This document shows, piece by piece, positions 38,707 to 47,457 of a DNA stretch of 64,000 bases (positions are counted from its first letter, which is position 1; every line of letters starts with the position of its first letter). The stretch comes from Bdellovibrionota bacterium (GTDB lineage: Bacteria > Bdellovibrionota_C > UBA2361 > OMII01). The notes beneath the pieces are model-generated. The model was given only the letters and a program-made list of their open reading frames with translations, was not told the DNA's origin and searched no databases. A program made the position numbers and the translations under genes. Location: positions 2,405 through 66,404 of the forward strand of contig JBIJBE010000004.1 of assembly GCA_044345405.1 (NCBI GenBank), in the 5' to 3' direction.

Positions 38707-40320
38707 ATGCTCCTGAGGGGAACAGCTATCGTCTCTCTCCTGACGCTTCTGAGCCGGATACTTGGATTCGTTCGTGACCTATTGGTCGCTCGTCTCCTCG
38801 GCGCGTCGCTCTTTGCGGACGCCTTCTTTGTCGCTTTTCGAATCCCGAACCTTCTCCGAAGCTTCGCCGCCGAGGGCGCTCTCACCTCAGCTTTTGTGCC
38901 CGTTTTTTCATCCGCGCTCGCTCGAAGCAAAGACGACGCTCAGACCGCCTTTAGGCGCATAGCGGGATTCGTCCTCTACCTCACCATTCCACTCGCGATC
39001 TTCGGCATCATCTTCGCTACGGAGATCCTCTCGGTCATCGCCCCAGGGTTTCAGAACGATCCAGAGAAGCGCGCGTTGGCGAGTACCTTAACGCGGATAA
39101 TGTTCCCCTACATCATCTTCGTAAGTCTCGTCGCGATGCTGAATTCGGCGCTCAATACGTTAAAGGTGTTCGGCGCGTCCGCGTGGGCTCAGGTGATCAT
39201 GAACCTTGTACTCATCGCGGGAGCGTTGTGCGCGCTCCCATTTGAACCAGCAACCGCAACTATGATCCTCGCGGTCTCGGTGGTCATCGGAGGAGTCATC
39301 CAAGTCATCGCGCAGATTCCCGCGTGTCGAAGAGCCGGCCTTCCCACTCGAGCGAGCGCGGATATTCGCTCTCCGGAGGTTCGTGAGGTGGTTCGCCTTA
39401 TGATTCCAGCTACAATCGGCGCATCGGTCTATCAGTTCAATATCTTCGTCTCTACCTTACTCGCCTCACTCTTAACTGAAGGTAGTATCTCATGGCTCTT
39501 TTACGCCGATCGAGTTGCGCAATTCCCGGTCGGTATCTTCTCCGTCGCGCTCGCGTCGGTACTTCTGCCGATGCTCGCCAACGCCTCCGCGACCTCGAAC
39601 GTCGATCAATTCCGTTCAGGACTCTCGAATTCTCTGCGCTTCACGAGCTTCGCAATCATTCCGATGGCGGCAGGAATTTGGGTACTGGCCGTGCCCCTCA
39701 CCTCTCTCCTCTTCGAGCGTGGCGCGTTCACCCACCATTCGACCCTCATGACCGCGGCCGCTATTCAAGCGTTGGCGATCGGATTGTGGGCATCGAGCTG
39801 CTACTCGATGGTGATGCGAGCATTTATCGCGAAAAAGGATACGATTACGCCGACCCTGATCGGTGTGTGCTCCCTGGTGGTATACCTCGCCTCGGCGCTC
39901 ATCTTGATGGGGACAGTTAATCCGGCGGCAGGCACCGTGGCATCCATTATCGCCGCGATTCAGAACGCCCTCTACTCCGTTTTTCCAACGGTCACCGCTC
40001 AAGGGCATGTTGGGCTCGCGCTCGCCTCAAGTATCGGGGCGCTCTTCTCCCTGGTCTTTGCGATAGTCGTCTATACGGTGAAGCTCGGTAACTTTCCATG
40101 GAGCACCTTCCTACGTTCGTTTGCGACAAGCATCGCGGCCTCCTGCATCATGATTGCGGCGGTTCGGATGATAGCGCCGTTTGAGGCAGCGCCCCTCATG
40201 ACGACCTTAATCGGCGCCACCGTGGGCGTCGTCGCATACATCCTCTCAAGCGTGATTCTCCGTTCAAAAGAGATGACCGATACCCTGGCGCTCGTTCGCC
40301 GAAAACTTTCACGGGGCTAG
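38707..40320 (+). CDS. murJ: lipid II flippase MurJ
   Basis: SRILGFVRDLLVARLLGA...ADAFFVAFRIPNLLR N-terminus. 14 TM-type profile. Confidence 0.9.
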   Translation: MLLRGTAIVSLLTLLSRILGFVRDLLVARLLGASLFADAFFVAFRIPNLLRSFAAEGALTSAFVPVFSSALARSKDDAQTAFRRIAGFVLYLTIPLAIFGIIFATEILSVIAPGFQNDPEKRALASTLTRIMFPYIIFVSLVAMLNSALNTLKVFGASAWAQVIMNLVLIAGALCALPFEPATATMILAVSVVIGGVIQVIAQIPACRRAGLPTRASADIRSPEVREVVRLMIPATIGASVYQFNIFVSTLLASLLTEGSISWLFYADRVAQFPVGIFSVALASVLLPMLANASATSNVDQFRSGLSNSLRFTSFAIIPMAAGIWVLAVPLTSLLFERGAFTHHSTLMTAAAIQALAIGLWASSCYSMVMRAFIAKKDTITPTLIGVCSLVVYLASALILMGTVNPAAGTVASIIAAIQNALYSVFPTVTAQGHVGLALASSIGALFSLVFAIVVYTVKLGNFPWSTFLRSFATSIAASCIMIAAVRMIAPFEAAPLMTTLIGATVGVVAYILSSVILRSKEMTDTLALVRRKLSRG

Positions 40321-40401
40321 ATACCGGAACTATTCCCTTCGGTTGACCCTCTTTCCACGCAACTTCCTTTCGGTATCACCGATACCTCACCTACCCACAT
40401 T

Positions 40402-41013
40402 ATGTGTCAGGAGGTTACTGTGATACCCGCTGCCGTGCGTCCCCCCTCAGAGCCAGTAGAGCTGGCCCTTAGTAGCTCTCGCGCCGTACTGAACGCGTCC
40501 CGGTTGGAATGCGCGAGTCTACTCGCCCGAGCCAGAAAACGAGCCGCGCGGTATCGAGAGAAAGTGAAGGAGCGTGGATACCGCGCCGGTCTCGAACGAG
40601 GATTCACGGAGAGCTCGGCGCGATGCACGGAAGCGATTGAGTCTCTGGGCGCTCTGTATGCCCGCACTATCGACGCCGCCCATCGGGATGCCGCTCTCGT
40701 GGCCCATCGAATCGTTGAAGAGTTGATCGATACCCACCTAAGGGAGGACCCAGAGCTTATTACGCGGTGGATCTCCCGAGCGATGGAGCACCTTAAGACT
40801 CATCAAGGCATGACCCTGAGGTATCACCCCCGTTATCACGAAACGCTAGGTCATAGCGCGACGCACATCCCTTCGGGAATGACGATATCGATGGACCCCA
40901 CCCTCAAAGAGCTGGATTTCGCTATCGATACGAACGTTGGAGCGGTGACCTTCTCGTGGAGAGAACTGTTACGCCCTCTCAAGCCATCACACCCCACCGA
41001 GGTATCTCTATGA
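40402..41013 (+). CDS. fliH: flagellar assembly protein FliH-like
   Basis: 203 aa, helical N-terminus, ATGA overlap with fliI. The call rests mainly on position. Confidence 0.5.
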   Translation: MCQEVTVIPAAVRPPSEPVELALSSSRAVLNASRLECASLLARARKRAARYREKVKERGYRAGLERGFTESSARCTEAIESLGALYARTIDAAHRDAALVAHRIVEELIDTHLREDPELITRWISRAMEHLKTHQGMTLRYHPRYHETLGHSATHIPSGMTISMDPTLKELDFAIDTNVGAVTFSWRELLRPLKPSHPTEVSL

Positions 41014-42317
41014 CCTCAAGCTTCTCACCTTTTTCGCTCACCGGAACGATCGTATCGGTGCGGGGCTCGACGATCCTCGCCCGCCTACCCCAAGGTTCAG
41101 TGGGAGATATCTGCTGGATACAGACTCGAAACCGGGGAGAGCTCCGCGCGCAGATAGTCTCGTTTGAGGAGAATACCTTCTCCCTCGCCCTCTTTGACGA
41201 ACCGGAAGGGATATCACCCGGCGCGCAGGTGAGAACGCACGGTTCCCAACTCGCGATCCCCGTGAGCGCCGCGCTCTTAGGATCGGTCATTTCCCCCCTG
41301 GGTATGCCCCTTGAGGAAACAACGAAACCTCTCCCGTGTAGCGAGATGCGCTCCATCTTCGCGCCTCCCCCCATCGCGACGAAAAGACCGCTCATCTCCA
41401 AGCCTCTCATCACCGGCATCCGCTCAATCGATGGATTTTGTAGACTCGGGCAGGGGCAACGTGTCGGCATCTGCGCGCCAGCGGGAATCGGGAAGTCGAC
41501 CCTCCTTGGGATGATCGCGCGACGCGCTGAGGCTGACGCGATCGTCGTGGCGCTCGTCGGGGAACGAAGTCGAGAGGTGCGGGAGTTTATCGAGGAGACC
41601 CTTGGCGAGGAGGGACGCAAACGGAGCGTCGTCGTCGTCGCGACGAGCAGTGACTCCTCACTCCTTCGTCAAACGGCCCCGTACACAGCCACAACCATCG
41701 CGGAGTATCTACGGGACCAAGGTCTCAACGTGCTCCTGATCGTTGATTCTCTCACCCGCCTCGCGCGAGCTATTCGAGAGACAAGTATCGCGGCGGGAGA
41801 TCTTCCTGTTCGGCACGGGTACACGAACGCGGTGTACACCCAATTACCCCGGCTTGTTGAACGGCCCGGCACATCGTCAAACGGCTCAATAACCGCTCTC
41901 TATACGGTCCTCACAACCACAGAGGACGACATCGATCCCCTAGCTGATGAGGTAAAGAGCCTCCTCGATGGTCATATCGTTCTCTCAAAAGAGATGGCGA
42001 ACCTCGGTATCATGCCAGCGATCGATATCACGCAAAGCATCTCTCGCCTCAGCGGCAGGTTGACAGCCCCTCAGCCTCTCGGACAGGCGCGCGCGATTCA
42101 ACGCGCGGTGGCTCGGTACATCCGTGAACGGGACATCGCCCTTCTTGGCGGCTCACCGGACGCGGAGCTTCAAAGCATCCTGCGCAATCAGGAGATGATA
42201 CGGCAGGTCCTTTCTCAGGATACGAAAGAGTCCTCATCACTAGAGGTGACCGAGCACGAGCTAAGTCGTTTGTGTTCTACGATCGCTCCGTCGTATGTGG
42301 GGGAACCGTCGCCATAG
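41010..42317 (+). CDS. fliI: flagellum-specific ATPase FliI
   Basis: Walker A GICAPAGIGKST. Walker B LLIVDSLTR. T3SS ATPase layout. Confidence 0.85.
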   Translation: MTSSFSPFSLTGTIVSVRGSTILARLPQGSVGDICWIQTRNRGELRAQIVSFEENTFSLALFDEPEGISPGAQVRTHGSQLAIPVSAALLGSVISPLGMPLEETTKPLPCSEMRSIFAPPPIATKRPLISKPLITGIRSIDGFCRLGQGQRVGICAPAGIGKSTLLGMIARRAEADAIVVALVGERSREVREFIEETLGEEGRKRSVVVVATSSDSSLLRQTAPYTATTIAEYLRDQGLNVLLIVDSLTRLARAIRETSIAAGDLPVRHGYTNAVYTQLPRLVERPGTSSNGSITALYTVLTTTEDDIDPLADEVKSLLDGHIVLSKEMANLGIMPAIDITQSISRLSGRLTAPQPLGQARAIQRAVARYIRERDIALLGGSPDAELQSILRNQEMIRQVLSQDTKESSSLEVTEHELSRLCSTIAPSYVGEPSP

Positions 42318-42351
42318 AATCCGACATCAGGGAGGGCCCGTCTACTGGCTT

Positions 42352-42840
42352 TTACTCTTCGTCACTAACGGAGATGCTCGAGAGAAACTTCTCTCCCACC
42401 GCCACAAGGCGTTGGTCCGTGAAGGTAACCCCAGCGAAGATAGTCGCTTCAGGGGTAGCGATGAGCCACTGCATCAAGCTCTCACCGGTCTCTCTGAGAC
42501 GCATGTGCTGCACGGCGCCCGGAAACTCCTCACACGAACGAGGAGTAACGGAGATAGTCTCGAGTTGCTCGTTATCTTTAAGCTCCTCTCGCAGGTGTTC
42601 CGCGAGCTGCTCGGATGAGGTGACTTCGAGCACCTGCCCCGCGGATACCGCAAGGTCGAACTGTAACTCAGCACCCGCGTACTCCTCATCGAGAGAGAGG
42701 GTGACCGTCTCTCCATCACTATCATCGTCCTCTGAGTCGTCAACCCACGGCTCGCTCGGAAACTCACCACTCACGGTTGTCTCAGGAACGGTGTAGCGCT
42801 CCCACGGTTGCTTTACGATCTTCTCGACATCAAAGGACAT
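42352..42840 (-). CDS. acidic hypothetical protein, 162 aa
   Basis: ORF only. Contains a DDSEDDDSD tract. Confidence 0.45.
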   Translation of the reverse strand: MSFDVEKIVKQPWERYTVPETTVSGEFPSEPWVDDSEDDDSDGETVTLSLDEEYAGAELQFDLAVSAGQVLEVTSSEQLAEHLREELKDNEQLETISVTPRSCEEFPGAVQHMRLRETGESLMQWLIATPEATIFAGVTFTDQRLVAVGEKFLSSISVSDEE

Positions 42841-43076
42841 AGAAACCTCACGTTTATTCGGTGGCAGTTTGTACCATGGCCAGGACAGATAAGGAAATCA
42901 GCAGACTCAGGACTCAACAAATTCATACGTCCGAGACCGTGTTGGTGGTCTTTGGCCCATACCAGACTCGCCGAATCGAGCTCCTCCCGACGGGCTAAGA
43001 ACACCCTGAATAATTTCGACTATGCGCCCAGGGTCCTGATATTGAAACCACCCGCCATCGGGTGTAGCCTCCCCCC

Positions 43077-44132
43077 ATGACTGTTGCAGCATCGCCCGTT
43101 ATCCCAGCAGCGCTTGGTTTTTCGATCCCCGCCGAGTGGTCCCCACACGAGGCGACCTGGATGGCATGGCCCCACGACGAAGAGCTGTGGGTCGGTGGAT
43201 TCCTAGAGGGGACCAGGCGCGAATTCGCGGCGTTCATCAACACACTGGCTCGTTATGAGCGTGTCGAGCTCCTGGTTGCTAATGCTGAGTGCGAACAAGA
43301 CGCGCGGCGGCGCCTCTCGGGCAACGTTCGCTTCCACTCGCTCGAATACAGCGACGTCTGGCTGCGTGATAGCGGTCCGATCTTTGTGAAAAACTCCGCC
43401 GGCGCTAATCTGATCACAGACTGGGAGTTCAACGGTTGGGGCAACAAGTATGATTCCGCTCCTGATAATAAAATACCGAAATACGTAGCTCAGTTCCTCG
43501 ACGCCGGATTTGTGTCACCAGGCCTGGTCATGGAGGGAGGATCACTGGAGCCAAACGGTGAGGGAGTTATTATAACGACCAAGCAGTGCCTTCTCTCTAA
43601 GGAGAGGAACCCCTCACTCTCTCAGGACGATATCGACCAGGCTCTGGGGTCATTTCTCGGCGCCAAAAAGGTAATCTGGCTCGGCGATGGTCTTGAAAAC
43701 GATCACACCGATGGTCACATCGACACCATCACCCGATTTACAAGCCCGAACACGATCGTGACCTGCGTGTGCGAAGATACTCAAGATCCGAACCACTCTG
43801 TTATGGCGACAAACCTTGAAATACTAAGGTCCGCCACGGATACCTCTGGCAAACCGTTCTCTATCATCGAGCTACCCTTGCCACGTAATCGTCTTGAGTT
43901 AGAGGGCGAACGGCTAGCGGCAACTTACGCCAACTTTTATATCTGTAACGGCGCCGTGATCGTTCCGCAATACGACGACCCATATGATGCCCTGGCCCTT
44001 GAGATCCTGAAGCCGCTCTTTCCCGGGCGAGACGTTATCGGAACACCTGGTCGAGCGCTCATCACAGGCGGCGGTTCATTTCACTGTGTCACGCAACAAC
44101 AACCTATCGGGCCGATGTGGAGAAACGTATGA
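43077..44132 (+). CDS. aguA: agmatine deiminase
   Basis: PAEWSPHEATWMAWPH N-terminus and GGSFHCVTQQQP catalytic Cys motif. Confidence 0.9.
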   Translation: MTVAASPVIPAALGFSIPAEWSPHEATWMAWPHDEELWVGGFLEGTRREFAAFINTLARYERVELLVANAECEQDARRRLSGNVRFHSLEYSDVWLRDSGPIFVKNSAGANLITDWEFNGWGNKYDSAPDNKIPKYVAQFLDAGFVSPGLVMEGGSLEPNGEGVIITTKQCLLSKERNPSLSQDDIDQALGSFLGAKKVIWLGDGLENDHTDGHIDTITRFTSPNTIVTCVCEDTQDPNHSVMATNLEILRSATDTSGKPFSIIELPLPRNRLELEGERLAATYANFYICNGAVIVPQYDDPYDALALEILKPLFPGRDVIGTPGRALITGGGSFHCVTQQQPIGPMWRNV

Positions 44133-45010
44133 CAAAACTCGCCGTTGTACAGATGTCGATGACTGACGACCGTGAACGGAACGTCACCAAGGCTCTCAGC
44201 CTGGTCGAAGAAGCGTGCTCTCAAGGAGCTCAGATAATCCTGCTCCCTGAGCTATTCGAGGGCTACTATTTTCCACAAGTAGAGCGCGAGGCCCATTTCA
44301 AGCGAGCGTTTCCTATCGAGGGGCACCCGTTTATTAGCCGCTTTCAAGAGATCGCTAAGAAGCGTTCCTGCGTGCTACCAATCAGCTTCTTCGAGCGCTC
44401 AGGTCAAGCTCATTACAATAGCCTTGTGATGATTGACGCCGACGGCACTAATTTAGGACTCTATCGCAAGTCTCACATACCAGATGGTCCCGGATACGAA
44501 GAGAAGTATTACTTCAACGGTGGAGACACCGGCTTTAAGGCGTTCCGCACCCGTTACGGAACGATCGGGGCCGGAATATGCTGGGATCAGTGGTATCCGG
44601 AGTGCGCCAGAGCCATGGCCCTCCTCGGCGCGGAGATCCTTTTGTATCCAACGGCGATCGGGTCTGAACCGCAAGAGACAGGCTCCGTAGAAACACGAGA
44701 TATGTGGCAGCGCGCCATGATTGGACACGCGGTCTCCAACTCCTGCTACGTCGCCGCGGCGAATCGTATCGGAACAGAGACGGTCGAAACCGCATCGCAA
44801 ACCTTCTACGGCAGCTCCTTCATCTCAGACTACACGGGAACCAAGATTCAAGAAGCAGGCACAGCTGATGAAAGGATCCTGATCGCCGATCTCGATCTCG
44901 ATACATGTCGCTCATTCCGCGCTGGAATGGGATTCTTTCGAGACAGACGGCCGGAGCTGTACAAGACGCTTCTCACGCTGGACGGAACACTCCAGGTACC
45001 GTCTCGATAA
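44129..45010 (+). CDS. aguB: N-carbamoylputrescine amidase
   Basis: Nitrilase-superfamily motif ICWDQWYPE. ATGA overlap with aguA. Confidence 0.85.
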   Translation: MTKLAVVQMSMTDDRERNVTKALSLVEEACSQGAQIILLPELFEGYYFPQVEREAHFKRAFPIEGHPFISRFQEIAKKRSCVLPISFFERSGQAHYNSLVMIDADGTNLGLYRKSHIPDGPGYEEKYYFNGGDTGFKAFRTRYGTIGAGICWDQWYPECARAMALLGAEILLYPTAIGSEPQETGSVETRDMWQRAMIGHAVSNSCYVAAANRIGTETVETASQTFYGSSFISDYTGTKIQEAGTADERILIADLDLDTCRSFRAGMGFFRDRRPELYKTLLTLDGTLQVPSR

Positions 45011-45102
45011 GAGGCGTTCGGAGCAGAATAAAGCACCGCTGAGATTATAGTCGTTTGTCCCACCGATACGGTACACCTGGGACAGTTAACGACCCTGCCG
45101 TT

Positions 45103-45393
45103 TTAGTGATCGTTGTCTCCTGAGTCAGACTCACTGCCGTGAGTTGGCTCTTGCTTCTTCAGCTTACCCTGTAAAAAGCTCAGGTATATCTTCTCCAACC
45201 TCGTTCGGGCCCACGGGGTCTTACGCAGAAACTTAAGACTCGAGTTAATCGAGGGATTCTCCTCGAAGCAGTTAATCGAAAGCTGTCGAGAGAGTCCCTC
45301 CCATCCGAAATGCTCATAGAGCTCGGTCAAAATAGCTTTAAGCGTCTTTCCTTCGAGGGGGTCTTTGGGAGCACGGTGGGGAGTTTCATTCAT
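45103..45393 (-). CDS. DUF2132 (VF530-like) small protein
   Basis: LKAILTELYEHFGWEGL...SSLKFLRKTPWARTRLEKIYL. Start moved to Met61 of the ORF. Confidence 0.65.
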   Translation of the reverse strand: MNETPHRAPKDPLEGKTLKAILTELYEHFGWEGLSRQLSINCFEENPSINSSLKFLRKTPWARTRLEKIYLSFLQGKLKKQEPTHGSESDSGDNDH

Positions 45394-45712
45394 AGGAGCG
45401 CTCTGATTCGGTGCGGGAGTCCGCCCCTCCCGATCTATAATCTTTGACGCGAAGCAGCAAGCAACGGGTGCCATAAAACGGAGCCTGTGTGCCCACGGGG
45501 CCTGGAAACCTAAAACCTGCCCCAGACCATGCCCGGCCACCCGGAAACGAATCAGCACAATCCGCTCAAGCACTTAGAGGACCTTGGTCTCATGGTGAGG
45601 CCCGTCTGCCCACCTACAAATCTACCTTCTGCAGAAAGAAAGCCGAAAACACTAAAGATTTTGGGGAAAGCAGTCGTCCTCCCCGACGGTGGGAAGAGGC
45701 TATACATCTGAT

Positions 45713-47440
45713 ATGGGGCGGGCCATGCGCGGAGCTTTTTGTCTTTCGCTCGTTATACTAGCGATTCAGGTATCAACCGAGACCCATGCGCAGAGCAAGA
45801 TGCCGTGCATGGTCAGTGGTCGCGCATGTCAACTGCCGGGCACACAGGGGTTGGGAAACAACATGGTTTCCATGCCACTGGGGACGTTCAACTCTCAATT
45901 TACGGGGACTAGCCGACCATCCTTGGGCGCAGGCCTCGGCGTATCGCCAAAGGACGGGTCTCTTCTCTACTCCGGTGGAGATGTAAAGCTCGTGGAGGGC
46001 ACGGGATTCACGACCACCTTTAACAAATCGGGTAACAGATTCATTTCGGAGTTCGCTGAGAACGGAGATCTGCGAGAGATCGAGATCTCAAATGGTACGC
46101 TCAAGGTAATATCTCCCGACGGCTTTTCAACAACCTACGGACAGCCCTTTCAGGGTCGATATTTTCCAACGCTCATAACTGATCCAGATGGACACCGATT
46201 ATTCTCAGCAACCTGGAAAAATGGACTTCCACTAACGCAAGTAGACCAGGTCGGCGGTACGACCACGTTTACCTCCGACTCTTTTGGTCGTGTACGCTCA
46301 ATTAAAACTCCAGAGGGATTAGTCTACTCTTTTACCTACAACCGGTTGGGCAGGCTTCAGAAAGCGCAAGTTGGAGACGTCACGACTGAGTACTCCTATG
46401 ATGCAGCCGGAAATCTAACTGAGATTAAGCCATCGACGGGGCCAAGCACCCTCTTCGCATATGGGAAAGACAATGTCCTCGTCGGAACAGGAGATGGCAA
46501 CACGACAACGACGATATCGTATTCCACAACTTCAACAACCGCCGAGAGCACCAGCGGGAGCTTCACTCAATTTTCAACGACAACCTTTGGGAAGTTCGGC
46601 CGTATGTACCTACCCGTTAAACAGGAAGGGGCAGATGGATTCGCAAAGTCGGGCGGCTCCGTCCTAGCTACGATAGAACGAGACGGCTTTGGCAACGTTA
46701 TTAAATCGACAGACGCGTCTGGGCGATCGACCTCCTACCAACTGGTCAAGGGTCTTCCAACGAAGGTCACATCGCCAGATAACGTCGTTGTCACCTTCAC
46801 CAGAAATCCCAACGACAAGTATCGCGTTACCTCTCAGTCAACCTTCGGAGCGAATGGCGCACCTCTCTCGACAACCGATTACGCATGGGACAGCGGCAAG
46901 CTGAAATCAGTCACGAGTAAAGATTCACAAGGAAGAGTCGTTGGAGTTCAGACGATCGCTCGCTCGGGCTCCTCTACAACAACCACCGCGAAATTTACAG
47001 AGTACTATACCTGGGATCCAACGGGGCCAAAGGGTCGACTGATCGGCATTGAATCCATCAGCGGGAAACAGTCCATTACATTCAACGGTCTCGGAGTGCC
47101 GACCCAATTCGACACAAATGGTGTGACTACCACAGTGACTCGAGACGTATCTCCTGACGGAAGAGTAAAGGTCACCACAAACCGGGGAGGTCTGGTAGCT
47201 CTAGCCGAGTCGAATTTCCTAGGAACAGAGGTGAGCAGCTCACTTGGTGACAGTCAGGGCCGCTTCATCGCACAGAACAATCTGAGATCCAGTGGCACGG
47301 CACTCAAGAGCAACGCCGCGGAGAGTTGGAGTGTGATGTCGGGTAAGGGTTTACGCCGAGGAAAGACGACATCGGCATTTACCGTGTCATCTCCAGGAAC
47401 AAACAAGACAACACGATCCTCCCAAAGGTCTGGATGGTAG
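45713..47440 (+). CDS. secreted YD-repeat protein
   Basis: Signal peptide. YSFTYNRLGRLQKA, TEYSYDAAGNLTEI and similar repeats. Confidence 0.75.
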   Translation: MGRAMRGAFCLSLVILAIQVSTETHAQSKMPCMVSGRACQLPGTQGLGNNMVSMPLGTFNSQFTGTSRPSLGAGLGVSPKDGSLLYSGGDVKLVEGTGFTTTFNKSGNRFISEFAENGDLREIEISNGTLKVISPDGFSTTYGQPFQGRYFPTLITDPDGHRLFSATWKNGLPLTQVDQVGGTTTFTSDSFGRVRSIKTPEGLVYSFTYNRLGRLQKAQVGDVTTEYSYDAAGNLTEIKPSTGPSTLFAYGKDNVLVGTGDGNTTTTISYSTTSTTAESTSGSFTQFSTTTFGKFGRMYLPVKQEGADGFAKSGGSVLATIERDGFGNVIKSTDASGRSTSYQLVKGLPTKVTSPDNVVVTFTRNPNDKYRVTSQSTFGANGAPLSTTDYAWDSGKLKSVTSKDSQGRVVGVQTIARSGSSTTTTAKFTEYYTWDPTGPKGRLIGIESISGKQSITFNGLGVPTQFDTNGVTTTVTRDVSPDGRVKVTTNRGGLVALAESNFLGTEVSSSLGDSQGRFIAQNNLRSSGTALKSNAAESWSVMSGKGLRRGKTTSAFTVSSPGTNKTTRSSQRSGW

Positions 47441-47457
47441 AGACGGAGGGATTCGAA

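Noticed and set aside
40979-41620. 213-aa antisense ORF inside fliI, and similar long antisense or shadow ORFs (22450-22989, 35325-36002, 54998-55633, 60161-60673, 7980-8507)
   Set aside because: Each overlaps a gene with strong family motifs on the other strand or frame. The products are Arg/Ser/Pro-rich, as expected for shadow ORFs in GC-rich DNA.
45070-45090. ggtacacc 8-mer in the aguB/DUF2132 intergenic region as a REP copy
   Set aside because: Only 8 nt match and the flanks (tgggac) do not fit the core. This is too weak.
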